DNA of 32,000 nt from Thermodesulfobacteriota bacterium. GTDB taxonomy: Bacteria > Desulfobacterota > WTBG01 > JAGOGO01. Shown here piece after piece: positions 8,717-17,393 of the stretch; position 1 is the first letter of the stretch, and the number at the start of each line of letters is the position of its first letter. The DNA lies in contig CP113000.1 of assembly GCA_026625185.1 (NCBI GenBank), positions 1,755,622 to 1,787,621 on the forward strand, written 5' to 3'. Below the pieces are notes generated by a model. The model saw nothing but the letters and a program-made list of their open reading frames with translations. It was not told where the DNA came from and did no database searches. The translations under genes and the position numbers were made by a program.

Positions 8717-10060
8717 ATGAAAAAGAGCGTTAATGTAGAAGAGCTTTTAGCCAAGGCAAAACAACCAAGTGAAGATGCGATGAGACTGCATCCCTTTTAT
8801 AGGGGAAAGTTAGAAGTTACGCCCAAATGTCGGATTAAGGATTTTGGTGATTTCGCCATCTGGTATACTCCAGGAGTTGCTGCACCGTGTCGGGATATAG
8901 AGAAGCATCCCGATAAAGTATTTGAGCATACCAACAAAGGTAATTTTGTTGCGGTTGTATCTGATGGAACAAGAGTTCTGGGTCTGGGTGATATAGGCCC
9001 CCACGCAGCCCTTCCGGTCATGGAAGGGAAAGCAATATTATTTAAATATCTTGGTGGAGTAGACGCTTTTCCTATATGTCTTGGGACAAAAGACCCGGAG
9101 GAAATAATAAAAGCGTGTAAATGGCTTGAACCTACCTTTGGAGGAATAAATTTGGAGGATATCTCAAACCCAAAGTGTTTTTATATCTTGGAAAGGCTTC
9201 GCAAAGAGATGGACATCCCGGTCTGGCATGATGATCAGCAGGGGACTGCCGCTATCACACTTGCAGGATTAATAAATGCGCTTAAGGTCGTAGAAAAAAA
9301 AAAGGAAACTATAAAGGTAGCTATGATAGGTGCTGGTGCGTCTAACATCGCCATCTCAAGGGTAATGATTGCGAGTGGTTTTTTTCCTGAGAACATAATA
9401 ATGGTTGACACAAAAGGTATACTCCATAAAAAAAGAAATGACCTTAACACCCCTGACAATAAAGCTAAATGGCATATGTGTGAGATATCCAATGGTGAAG
9501 GCAGGACCGGGGGTATACCTGAGGCTATGAAAGGGGCTGATGTTTGTATCGCGCTTTCAAAACCTGATCCAAGTACTATAAAGCCGGAGTGGGTAAAATC
9601 AATGGCAAAATATGCTATAGTTTTTGTCTGCGCTAACCCGGTTCCGGAGATTTGGCCCTGGGAAGCAAAAGAGGCAGGCGCAAGAATAGTGGCCACTGGT
9701 AGGTCTGACTTTCCTAATCAGGTGAATAATTCTTTGGGATTTCCCGGGATATTCAGGGGAGCCCTTGATGTAGCAGCGAGAACAATTACGGACGAAATGT
9801 GTATTGCTGCCGCTTATGAACTTGCTAAGTGTGCTGAGGATAAAGGATTAAAAGAAGATTATCTCATACCAACTATGGATGAGCGTGAAGTTTTCCCTCG
9901 GGTTGCGACAGCGGTTGGAATGAAGGCAATCGAACAAGGACTAGCCAGGATAAAAATGACAAGAGATGAACTTTACGAAAAATCTTCTCAAATCATAAAA
10001 AGGGCAATGGATGAAACAAAAACACTCATGGATAAAGGAATTATTCCAATGCCAGAATAA
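8717..10060 (+). CDS. NAD(P)-dependent malic enzyme (short, MaeB N-terminal type)
   Basis: ATG at 8717 is preceded by AAAGGAGG (8701-8708), so the track start at 8651 is too early. Strings present: VVSDGTRVLGLGDIG, LEDISNPKCF, HDDQQGTA, GAGASNIA. Confidence 0.9.
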   Translation: MKKSVNVEELLAKAKQPSEDAMRLHPFYRGKLEVTPKCRIKDFGDFAIWYTPGVAAPCRDIEKHPDKVFEHTNKGNFVAVVSDGTRVLGLGDIGPHAALPVMEGKAILFKYLGGVDAFPICLGTKDPEEIIKACKWLEPTFGGINLEDISNPKCFYILERLRKEMDIPVWHDDQQGTAAITLAGLINALKVVEKKKETIKVAMIGAGASNIAISRVMIASGFFPENIIMVDTKGILHKKRNDLNTPDNKAKWHMCEISNGEGRTGGIPEAMKGADVCIALSKPDPSTIKPEWVKSMAKYAIVFVCANPVPEIWPWEAKEAGARIVATGRSDFPNQVNNSLGFPGIFRGALDVAARTITDEMCIAAAYELAKCAEDKGLKEDYLIPTMDEREVFPRVATAVGMKAIEQGLARIKMTRDELYEKSSQIIKRAMDETKTLMDKGIIPMPE

Positions 10061-10173
10061 AAGAGCAGTAGATTAAACTTTACTTAACAGAGCATAAATA
10101 TCACCGCTTTTATCCAAAAAAACCCGGAAGACCCAAAAAAGATTTGGAACGCAATCAGCAGATAACGAGAAGC

Positions 10174-11574
10174 ATGAGTTTAAACGTGAAAACATTCAAA
10201 AAAATATTAATTGCCAACCGCGGCGAAATAGCCGTTCGCATTATTCGCACCTGTCGGGACATGGGCATTCAAACGGCGGCAGTCTATTCCCAGGCGGACG
10301 CTGATGCCTTGCATGTCAAGCTGGCCGATGAGGCTCACGATATCGGCCCAGCCGAAGCCCTGCAGAGTTATCTAAATATTGAAAAAGTGCTGGATACGGC
10401 CGAACGGTGCGGGGCGGACGCGATTCATCCGGGATACGGATTTCTTTCCGAGAACCCGGAATTTGCCGAGATGGCCGAAAGTCGGGGGATAACGTTCATA
10501 GGCCCATCGAGCAGTTGTATTTATAAGGCCAAACCCAAGAATCGCGCCCGGCAAATGATGAAGATGCTGAACATCCCCGTGACTCCCGGATCGGACGAGG
10601 AGATCACCGATACCGGATCCCAGGGGCTGAAGAAGGCCAGGGAGATCGCTGCCGAAATCGGTTACCCGGTCGTTGTAAAGCCCTCCGGTGCCGGCGGCGG
10701 GATCGGCATTACGAGAGCCATTAACCAAGATGAGCTGGACAAGGCTGTTGAGTTGGCCAGCACCCGAGGACGAAAAGCCTTCGGGCTCTCCGGTTTCTAC
10801 ATTGAAAAGTGGCTGACCGGGGTCAAACATGTGGAATTTCAGGTTCTGGCCGATAAATTTGGACATGTCGTCCACCTCGGGGACAGGGATTGTTCCGTGC
10901 AACGCCGGTTTCAGAAACTCATCGAAGTGGCTCCCTGTTCACTTCTACCTTCTTTTTTGCGGATGAAGATGGGCGCAGCAGCGATCGATGTTGCCATGAC
11001 GCTTGATTATGTGGGGGCGCTGACTGTGGAGTTCTTTTATATTCCCGGTAACGGTCTCAAGTTTTACTTCAATGAGATCAACTCGAGACTTCAGGTGGAG
11101 CACGGCATCACGGAACTTGTTACCGACTTCGATCTTGTCAAAGAACAGATAAAAATAGCGGCCGGCAATCCTCTAGGTATTAAACAGGACGACATCCGGA
11201 TGCAAAGGTACGCGATCGAGTGCCGAATCAATGCGGAGGATCCGGTCAGGTTTATACCTTCGCCGGGCACTATTAAAAAACTTTATTTGCCCCTCGGTCC
11301 GGGGATTCGAATTGATGAGGGGATATATGAAGGCTATTCAGTACCTTATCAATACGATTCACTGCTCATGAAGTTGATGAGTTGGGGTAAAACACGCGAT
11401 GATGCCATCGCCCGCATGAAGCGCGCCCTCGGAGAAATGCGGATAGAGGGGGTCAAAACAACCGTACCCCTTCACCGCGTCGTCCTTGAGGATGAGGATT
11501 TCGTGAGTGGGAAATATACGACCGAGCTGCTCTGCAAAAAAGACATTCTGGAAAAGGTGATGGGAAGGAAATAA
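10174..11574 (+). CDS. accC: Biotin carboxylase (AccC / pyruvate carboxylase subunit A type)
   Basis: Strings KKILIANRGEIAVRIIRTC, RDCSVQRR.QK and EINSRLQVEHGITE mark an ATP-grasp biotin carboxylase. The start is uncertain: ATG 10174 is chosen, the track uses TTG 10144, and GTG 10186 is also possible. Confidence 0.88.
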   Translation: MSLNVKTFKKILIANRGEIAVRIIRTCRDMGIQTAAVYSQADADALHVKLADEAHDIGPAEALQSYLNIEKVLDTAERCGADAIHPGYGFLSENPEFAEMAESRGITFIGPSSSCIYKAKPKNRARQMMKMLNIPVTPGSDEEITDTGSQGLKKAREIAAEIGYPVVVKPSGAGGGIGITRAINQDELDKAVELASTRGRKAFGLSGFYIEKWLTGVKHVEFQVLADKFGHVVHLGDRDCSVQRRFQKLIEVAPCSLLPSFLRMKMGAAAIDVAMTLDYVGALTVEFFYIPGNGLKFYFNEINSRLQVEHGITELVTDFDLVKEQIKIAAGNPLGIKQDDIRMQRYAIECRINAEDPVRFIPSPGTIKKLYLPLGPGIRIDEGIYEGYSVPYQYDSLLMKLMSWGKTRDDAIARMKRALGEMRIEGVKTTVPLHRVVLEDEDFVSGKYTTELLCKKDILEKVMGRK

Positions 11575-11604
11575 GATAACGGAAGTAGATAGAGGCGGAG
11601 ACGT

Positions 11605-11745
11605 CCGTGGAATCACTCTGATCTTGTTGTTGATCCCTTCAACAAACCCCAATGCCACTTTGAGCTCGGATTTGCAATACATGACCATGCTTCCCCGGTG
11701 ACGGTCTATCAACTCGGAGAATCCTTCAACTGACTTCAGGAAAAA
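11605..11745 (-). pseudogene. ISL3-like transposase C-terminal fragment
   Basis: The - strand reads ..FLKSVEGFSELIDRHRGSMVMYCKSELKVALGFVEGINNKIRVIPR. The VEGxNNKI(K/R)V motif is characteristic of ISL3-family C-termini. There is no upstream catalytic domain. Confidence 0.55.
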
Positions 11746-11968
11746 CCTTGAGCCCATCTCCACAGGCAATGAAAATTTCTCGGACACCACGATTTCTCAA
11801 CTCCGTCATCACCTTCAACCAGAACTTAGCGCCCTCGCTCTGTTCGAGCCAGATTCCCAGAACATCCTTCATCTTTTCCATATCGAGAATGACATCTTTG
11901 CCGATCAGGTCTTGCGGGTTTTTATTTTCTTTTAAAATCCCTTACAGAATCTCGTCTCTTATTGCCAT
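11726..11968 (-). pseudogene. IS256-family (mutator-type) transposase fragments
   Basis: The - strand ATG at 11968 is preceded by AGGAGG. It reads MAIRDEIL*GILKENKNPQDLIGKDVILDMEKMKDVLGIWLEQSEGAKFWLKVMTELRNRGVREIFIACGDGLKVFPE. The string GIWLEQSEGAKFWLKVMTELRNRGV...ACGDGLK is typical of the IS256 core. There is an in-frame stop at codon 9, and the fragment holds only about 80 of roughly 400 codons. Confidence 0.65.
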
Positions 11969-12076
11969 GACTACTCCTCCTGTATAAATGATTCTAACTC
12001 ATCAAAACCATTTACACAAAATTATCTACCCCCTCGGATCTGGATAAATTGAGGAAGGGGGAGAATATGGCCGGCT

Positions 12077-12358
12077 TTGAGGGAAAGACCCTTGGTATAT
12101 CAAAGGTCAAAAGTTGCCTACGTATTGAAAGAAACTTTTGGTCGGTTATGGAGCTACCAGCGGGAAGTTTGGGCGATGAGATTTTTTGACAACCGGAAGG
12201 AGTCCTTGAAATGGCAACGGCTGAGAGCCAATGAGAAGTTTGCCGAGATGATTGAGCGACACGGGTAGGGAATTGCAGCATATACAGTCGTTTGAAATCC
12301 TAACGTGCATGCTCAAGGAGGTATGAATTTACCCACTCGATTACGCGATGAGCAATAA
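12077..12358 (+). pseudogene. Second ISL3-like transposase C-terminal fragment, inverted relative to 11605-11745
   Basis: A single frame reads ..KVAYVLKETFGRLWSYQREVWAMRFFDNRKESLKWQRLRANEKFAEMIERHG*GIAAYTVV*NPNVHAQGGMNLPTRLRDEQ*. It is colinear with the ISL3-type tail (..FAxxIxRHxxGIxxY....LRDEEY) but has two in-frame stops and an internal deletion. Confidence 0.55.
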
Positions 12359-12493
12359 AAACAAATAAATCAATTGGTTGAAAGTTTTTCAGGAGCGACT
12401 ATTGTATAAAAACTATATTTGGGATAGAATCGTTTTGGTTTTAAAAAGCAGTTGGGGCTGAAAAATTCCGAATAAAACCAGGGGAGGAATCTC

Positions 12494-12928
12494 ATGCATA
12501 CTTTAAAAGTAAAAGATATTATGACAAAAAATGTCTTTGTGCTCTACGCCAATGAGACTTTGGATATCGTGCGGTCCCTGATGGAAATCAAGCATGTCCG
12601 TCATGTGCCGATCGTGGACACCAAAGGGAGATTTGTCGGGCTGATAACCCATCGAGACCTCTTATCGATAACGGTTTCGCGTTTAGCGGGTATTGATGAA
12701 AATGTTCAAGATGATCTGGATCGCCATATACCCATAAGCAAGGTAATGCAAAAAAAGATCATTACCGCTGATCCGGAATTGGATGTTAGCGAGGCGATCG
12801 AAATTCTTTTGAAAAATCAAGTTGGTTGCCTCCCTGTGATCTCAAAAAAGAAGCTCATCGGCATTGTTACCGAAGCTGACTTTTTAGCCTTTACCTATAG
12901 CTTGCTGAAAAAAAGAAAAAAGGTTTAA
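12494..12928 (+). CDS. CBS domain pair protein
   Basis: 144 aa containing two CBS repeats (VKDIMTKNVFVL...HVPIVD...GLITHRDLL and VMQKKIITA...CLPVISKKKLIGIVTEADFL). GGAGG lies upstream of the ATG. Confidence 0.85.
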   Translation: MHTLKVKDIMTKNVFVLYANETLDIVRSLMEIKHVRHVPIVDTKGRFVGLITHRDLLSITVSRLAGIDENVQDDLDRHIPISKVMQKKIITADPELDVSEAIEILLKNQVGCLPVISKKKLIGIVTEADFLAFTYSLLKKRKKV

Positions 12929-13591
12929 CTACCGGCTATTTCCAAAAAACGCTTTTAACTGCGCTATCGAAAGCTCATCGAGTCGACCTACCACTAAATC
13001 AGCTTCGGTTAGTTCGGAAGGAGGATGAGTGGTGGTGACAGCAATTATTTTCATTCCTCCTGCCTTTGCCGCTTGAATACCCACAAAAGCATCTTCAAAC
13101 ACTACACACCGGTCCGGCGAAAGATGTAATTTTTGTGCCGCAAGCAAAAACACCTGGGGATCAGGTTTCCCCTTTGATACATCTTCAGCCGTTATGATTA
13201 TAGGGAAATAATTTTCCCAGCCTAAAAGGCCTAATGCCGTGATAATATTTAAACGGGGCGTGGAAGACCCCACACAACAGGGAATTTTATTTTTTTGAAG
13301 CATTTCCAAAAAAGGCTTAACCCCCGGAAGTGGTGAAATCCCGCGGTCTACCATGATCCGGCGATAGAGTTTTTCTTTGAGGTCAGAAAACCGTTGAATT
13401 TCTTTTTTACCCTGCGTCCACCCGAGAACATCAGGGATAATATTTTCATTCCTTTTGCCAAAGGCCTTTTTAAAATAGCCTGGGGGCAAAGCCTTGTTTT
13501 CTTGCTTCGCTAAACGCTCCCAGCTTTCTTCATGATAGCGGGAGGAGTCAATGATAACCCCGTCCCAGTCGAAAATAGCTCCAAAAGTCAT
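12929..13591 (-). CDS. HAD-superfamily hydrolase (beta-phosphoglucomutase-like subfamily IA)
   Basis: Start at ATG 13591 (MTFGAIFDWDGVIIDS, the DxD motif). It lies 20 nt after the upstream stop, and the track start at 13645 would overlap the upstream gene. Further motifs: GSSTPR, GKPDPQVFL, VVFEDAFVGIQAAKAGGM. Confidence 0.85.
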   Translation of the reverse strand: MTFGAIFDWDGVIIDSSRYHEESWERLAKQENKALPPGYFKKAFGKRNENIIPDVLGWTQGKKEIQRFSDLKEKLYRRIMVDRGISPLPGVKPFLEMLQKNKIPCCVGSSTPRLNIITALGLLGWENYFPIIITAEDVSKGKPDPQVFLLAAQKLHLSPDRCVVFEDAFVGIQAAKAGGMKIIAVTTTHPPSELTEADLVVGRLDELSIAQLKAFFGNSR

Positions 13592-13610
13592 TATCAGTAC
13601 CGTGTTCCCT

Positions 13611-14168
13611 TTATTTTTCTTTTCCCAGCTGAAACGCGCGGCCAATGGGTTCTCCCATCCGCCAGTACTGCCCGTCGGGAAAAGAGAAAATTAAGGGGTC
13701 GATCTTTTTGGTGTCAGCCTTTCCTTCGGCAAGACAGCTTTCGCTCACATGGGTTTCCATAATTTTCCCAAGAACAACGATATGACTTTCCATGTCGACT
13801 ATATGCTTTACCTGACATTCAAGGTTAACCGGACATTCTTCAATGAGGGGTGCTTCTTTTAACGTACCATGAAAGATTTTAAACACTCTCGACTTATCCT
13901 TTTTAGTTCCGGAATAAATTCCGCAGTAGTCGACCATTTTTACCTGCTCAACGGATGCAACATTAACCGAGAAGGCACCGTTTGGTTTGATCCCTTGCAA
14001 AGTATAACGTTCTTTATGGATACCGATCATCAAAGAAGGTGGTTTATAAGCGGTAATCCCGCACCAGGCAGCAGTCATGAAATTGGCTTTCCCCTCTATG
14101 GTTACCCCCACCAAAACCGCGGGCATGGGAAAAAGCAAAGGCTGTGGACCAAATGTTTTTTTGCTCAT
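13611..14168 (-). CDS. Flavin reductase-like (flavoredoxin-type FMN-binding split-barrel) protein
   Basis: 185 aa. The string PMPAVLVGVTIEGKANFMTAAW is typical of the flavin reductase-like domain. AAAGGAGG lies 6 nt upstream of the ATG. Confidence 0.8.
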   Translation of the reverse strand: MSKKTFGPQPLLFPMPAVLVGVTIEGKANFMTAAWCGITAYKPPSLMIGIHKERYTLQGIKPNGAFSVNVASVEQVKMVDYCGIYSGTKKDKSRVFKIFHGTLKEAPLIEECPVNLECQVKHIVDMESHIVVLGKIMETHVSESCLAEGKADTKKIDPLIFSFPDGQYWRMGEPIGRAFQLGKEK

Positions 14169-14179
14169 AGGATACCTCC

Positions 14180-14213
14180 TTTACCCCGTGTGAAAGTCTT
14201 CTAACGGGTTTAC
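14180..14213. repeat. Dispersed intergenic repeat, short copy B
   Basis: TTTACCCCGTGTGAAAGTCTTCTAACGGGTTTAC abuts the Shine-Dalgarno sequence of the - strand flavin reductase gene. It shares the TGTGA-N6-TCTAACGGG core with copies at 8505-8531 and 22501-22528. Confidence 0.55.
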
Positions 14214-14384
14214 TAAAATGTTAATATATAAGGGTTCCTCTAAAAATTCATTTTTTTCAAAACCGGAAAAAAATAACTATTTGAAATGATTAAACCCAGT
14301 ATTTTATAAAAACAACAAATTAGCAATTATTAAAGGTACCCATAAGCTATTATGATATCGCTCTTCACTACCGCAACCTCCTTC

Positions 14385-15506
14385 TCAATCCAGTCGTTTT
14401 CTGAATCTTCTCACGGCCAAGAAGAAAACGACTCCTCCAATGATTAATAAATGAAGCATCTCAGACCAGAGTATTTCAAATCCAACACCCTTTAAAAACC
14501 CCCCCCGTATGATAACTAAAAAAAACCGTAAGGGGATTATGTGAGTGAACCATTGAATAACTACCGGCATATTGGCAACCGGGAAAACAAGACCGCTCAA
14601 TAAGAAAAAAGGGAGCAGAAAAAAGAACGTGGTCATCATGGCCTGCTGCTGGGTGGCGGAGACGGTCGAGATAAAAAGACCGATTCCGATGGTGCTCAGG
14701 AGGAACAGAGGGGCGCTCACAAAAACAAGCAGCAAACTTCCTTTAAATGGAATATGAAACCAGAAGACGGCAACGAGCATCACGATAATTAACTGGATAT
14801 AGGCAATAATGACATAAGGAATGGTTTTACCGATAATAAGTTCGTAGGGTTTCATAGGGGTGACGATTAATTGTTCCATGGTTCCGTTTTCACGTTCCCG
14901 GATAATCGCCATTGAGGTATAAAGAAGGGTGGTGAGTAAAATTAAAAAAGCCACCACGCCGGGAATGAAAAAGTTTTGGCTGTCCAGATTCGGATTATAC
15001 CAGGTCCTCAGCCGTTCATCGATTCTGCCGTAATCAATTTTTTCGGGATGGATTTTTTTCAGTAGGTCTTGATTGATCTTGTCTAACACTACTGAGGTAT
15101 AGGCGATTCTGACCGCGGCAATATTGCTTCTGCTTCCATCCGCGAAAATTTGAAGGGGGGCTGATTCCCCTTTTTTTATTCGGTCGCTGAAATCCGGCCA
15201 AACGGTGACCGTCAGGTCAACCTTTCTTTTGATCAGGGTTTCTTCGACCTCACTTGACTTCTTAAAGATGTGGGTGATCCGAAAAGTTTTATTGGCGTCA
15301 AACCCGTCTTTTACCATCCGGCTTTCTGCGGTATGGGCCTGATCCAAAAAACCGACTTGGATGTCACGCACATCAGTAGAGACGACATAGCCGAATACCA
15401 GCAATTGAATAACAGGGGCAATAACCAACAGCGGCCGATTTTTTTTATCCCGGAAAAGCTGAAGAAATTCCTTCCGGACCAGTTCGCGTATTCGTATCCA
15501 GTTCAT
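14385..15506 (-). CDS. ABC-2 type transporter permease (YbhR/YbhS-like)
   Basis: Start at ATG 15506 (MNWIRIRELVRKEFLQLFRDKKNRP), 1 nt after the upstream stop. The topology is one N-terminal TM helix, a large extracytoplasmic loop and a C-terminal TM bundle. Confidence 0.85.
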   Translation of the reverse strand: MNWIRIRELVRKEFLQLFRDKKNRPLLVIAPVIQLLVFGYVVSTDVRDIQVGFLDQAHTAESRMVKDGFDANKTFRITHIFKKSSEVEETLIKRKVDLTVTVWPDFSDRIKKGESAPLQIFADGSRSNIAAVRIAYTSVVLDKINQDLLKKIHPEKIDYGRIDERLRTWYNPNLDSQNFFIPGVVAFLILLTTLLYTSMAIIRERENGTMEQLIVTPMKPYELIIGKTIPYVIIAYIQLIIVMLVAVFWFHIPFKGSLLLVFVSAPLFLLSTIGIGLFISTVSATQQQAMMTTFFFLLPFFLLSGLVFPVANMPVVIQWFTHIIPLRFFLVIIRGGFLKGVGFEILWSEMLHLLIIGGVVFFLAVRRFRKRLD

Positions 15507-15507
15507 G

Positions 15508-16641
15508 CTACAGGTCTCCTCTTTTGAGCTTTCGGACATTGAACGCGAGAAGAATGACAACCATGAAAAAAAGCACCAGATAACTTTTCCATAAATAAGG
15601 GAACCCGACCCCTCGCAAGTAAAGGCCGTTTAAAATGTCGATGAAATATTTTGCGGGAACAATATATGAGATTGCTTGCAATAAGGTCGGCATGTTGCTT
15701 ATGGGAAAAACAAAGTCGGAAAGTAAAAGGGAGGGGAGATAGGTGAAAAGCACCGCCAGCTGATTGGCCACGAGCTGCGATTTGGTTGCGGCGGAGATTA
15801 AAAGTCCCAAACTCAAGGCGACAAAAAGATAGAGGCAGGCGGCGAGGATCATCAACCCGAAGTTAGACTTCATAACCACATCAAAAAGCACCTGGCCCAT
15901 CAATACCGCGACCAGCACATCAATTAAAGCAATAAAAAAATACGGGATAGCCTTCCCGATCAAAAATTCTTCCGCTTCCAGCGGGAGGGTGCGAAGGGTT
16001 TCCATAGTTCCGTTTTCGTATTCACGGGCAATGACCAGCGAGGTAAGTATTGCTCCCACAATCATAATAATGATGGCAATAATCCCCGGGACAATAAAAT
16101 TGCGGCTTTCCAGGTCCTCGTTAAACCAGACGCGTATGCGTCCTTCGATCGGGGGGTTTATCCGCTCCAAACCTTTGCGATCAAGAAAATTAAAGAGAAG
16201 CTTTTGGTTAAAACCGGAAATAAACGCGGTGATATATCCTTGCGCGAGATTGGCTGTATTGGGATCACTTCCATCCAACAAAACCTGCAGCTCTGCCTCA
16301 CGGTCAGCTTTAATATCCTTTGTCCAGCCTGGTGGTATAATGATTCCCAATATCGCCCAGCCGTGGTCCAAATGTCCGATGACATCTTTAACCCCAGAAA
16401 AATAATGTTGGACATGGAAATAAGACGACGCGTCGAGTCTATCAATAAAAAGACGGCTGAATTCGGTTTGATCGTGGTCAACGACAACGACCTCCACATT
16501 TTCCAAATCGAGGCTGAGGGCGTAGCCAAAAAGGAGAATGAGGATAATAGGGAACAAAAAAGCGAGATACAGACTACGAAAGTCCCGGAGCACGTGATAA
16601 AATTCTTTTCGAGCGATTGCCTGAATTTTTTTGATGCTCAA
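15508..16641 (-). CDS. ABC-2 type transporter permease (YbhS/YbhR-like)
   Basis: 377 aa, paralogous architecture to the downstream permease (ARKEFYHVLRDFRS...). Its ATG overlaps the ATPase stop codon (ATGA). Confidence 0.85.
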   Translation of the reverse strand: MSIKKIQAIARKEFYHVLRDFRSLYLAFLFPIILILLFGYALSLDLENVEVVVVDHDQTEFSRLFIDRLDASSYFHVQHYFSGVKDVIGHLDHGWAILGIIIPPGWTKDIKADREAELQVLLDGSDPNTANLAQGYITAFISGFNQKLLFNFLDRKGLERINPPIEGRIRVWFNEDLESRNFIVPGIIAIIIMIVGAILTSLVIAREYENGTMETLRTLPLEAEEFLIGKAIPYFFIALIDVLVAVLMGQVLFDVVMKSNFGLMILAACLYLFVALSLGLLISAATKSQLVANQLAVLFTYLPSLLLSDFVFPISNMPTLLQAISYIVPAKYFIDILNGLYLRGVGFPYLWKSYLVLFFMVVILLAFNVRKLKRGDL

Positions 16642-17393
16642 TTATTTCTCCTGGTCATCAAATGAATAAATGCGTCATTGAGACTTGCCTGGGGAAGTTC
16701 GGGGCAGGTATCATTGATAATTTTTGTTGGAGGCCCTTCAGCAACAATCCTTCCTTCGTTGATGAGAATGACTCGCCGGCAGTTCTCTGCTTCGTCCATG
16801 TAATGAGTGGTGACGAAAATGGTTGTCCCTTGTTCACTCAACTGACCGATAAATTCCCAGAAGTGCCGGCGGGTAATGGGGTCAACGCCGGAGGTAGGCT
16901 CATCGAGGAAAAGAATTTCCGGCTGATGGAGCAAGGCGCAGCCAAGAGCCAACCGTTGCCGCCAGCCGGGCGGCAATTCCCGGGTAAGACGGTTTTGGAC
17001 ATCGTGAAGTCGGGTAAGTTCTAAAACCCATTCGGTTCGTTCCTTCCACTTCCCGGGGGAGACATTATAGATCCCCAGATAAAAACGAATGTTTTCATAG
17101 GGGGTGAGGTCGCTATACAACGAGAATTTTTGGGACATATACCCGATGGATTTTTTAATCTCTTCGGCTTCGGTAAAAATATCATACCCGGCCACCCGAC
17201 CGTAACCGGAACTGGGGGTTATGATTCCACAGAGCATTCGAATGGTGGTGGACTTTCCCGCTCCATTAGGACCGAGGAAACCGAATATCTCGCCGCGCGC
17301 GACCGAAAAGGAAATCTGGTTGACCGCCACAAACGGGCCAAACCTTTTCTCCAGGTCTTTTACAACCACGACTTCAGGATTTGAATTTTTCAT
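16638..17393 (-). CDS. ABC transporter ATP-binding protein (corresponds to the C-terminal half of YbhF-type fused ATPases)
   Basis: Walker A is GPNGAGKST and Walker B is ILFLDEPTSGVD. The signature motif is the variant LPPGWRQRLAL. ATG 17393 is preferred over the TTG at 17411 used by the ORF track. Confidence 0.88.
   Translation of the reverse strand: MKNSNPEVVVVKDLEKRFGPFVAVNQISFSVARGEIFGFLGPNGAGKSTTIRMLCGIITPSSGYGRVAGYDIFTEAEEIKKSIGYMSQKFSLYSDLTPYENIRFYLGIYNVSPGKWKERTEWVLELTRLHDVQNRLTRELPPGWRQRLALGCALLHQPEILFLDEPTSGVDPITRRHFWEFIGQLSEQGTTIFVTTHYMDEAENCRRVILINEGRIVAEGPPTKIINDTCPELPQASLNDAFIHLMTRRNN

Noticed and set aside
9235-9696. 153-aa - strand ORF inside the malic enzyme gene, and similar antisense or alternate-frame ORFs (for example 10372-10902, 15989-16405, 16158-16529, 16204-16665, 17221-17691, 23176-23761, 24016-24592, 4606-5181, 7392-7673)
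   Set aside because: They are shadow ORFs fully embedded in strongly supported genes. Their products are Ala/Gly/Ser/Pro-rich or low-complexity, with no independent signals.
11748-12281. ORFs 11748-11987 (+) and 12012-12281 (-)
   Set aside because: They lie antisense to the IS256-like and ISL3-like fragments and show no recognisable protein features.
12926-12931. Back-to-back stop codons of the convergent CBS and HAD genes (TAA immediately followed by CTA) as a special regulatory feature
   Set aside because: Zero-spacer convergent gene ends occur by chance in compact genomes. No hairpin or other signal is visible.
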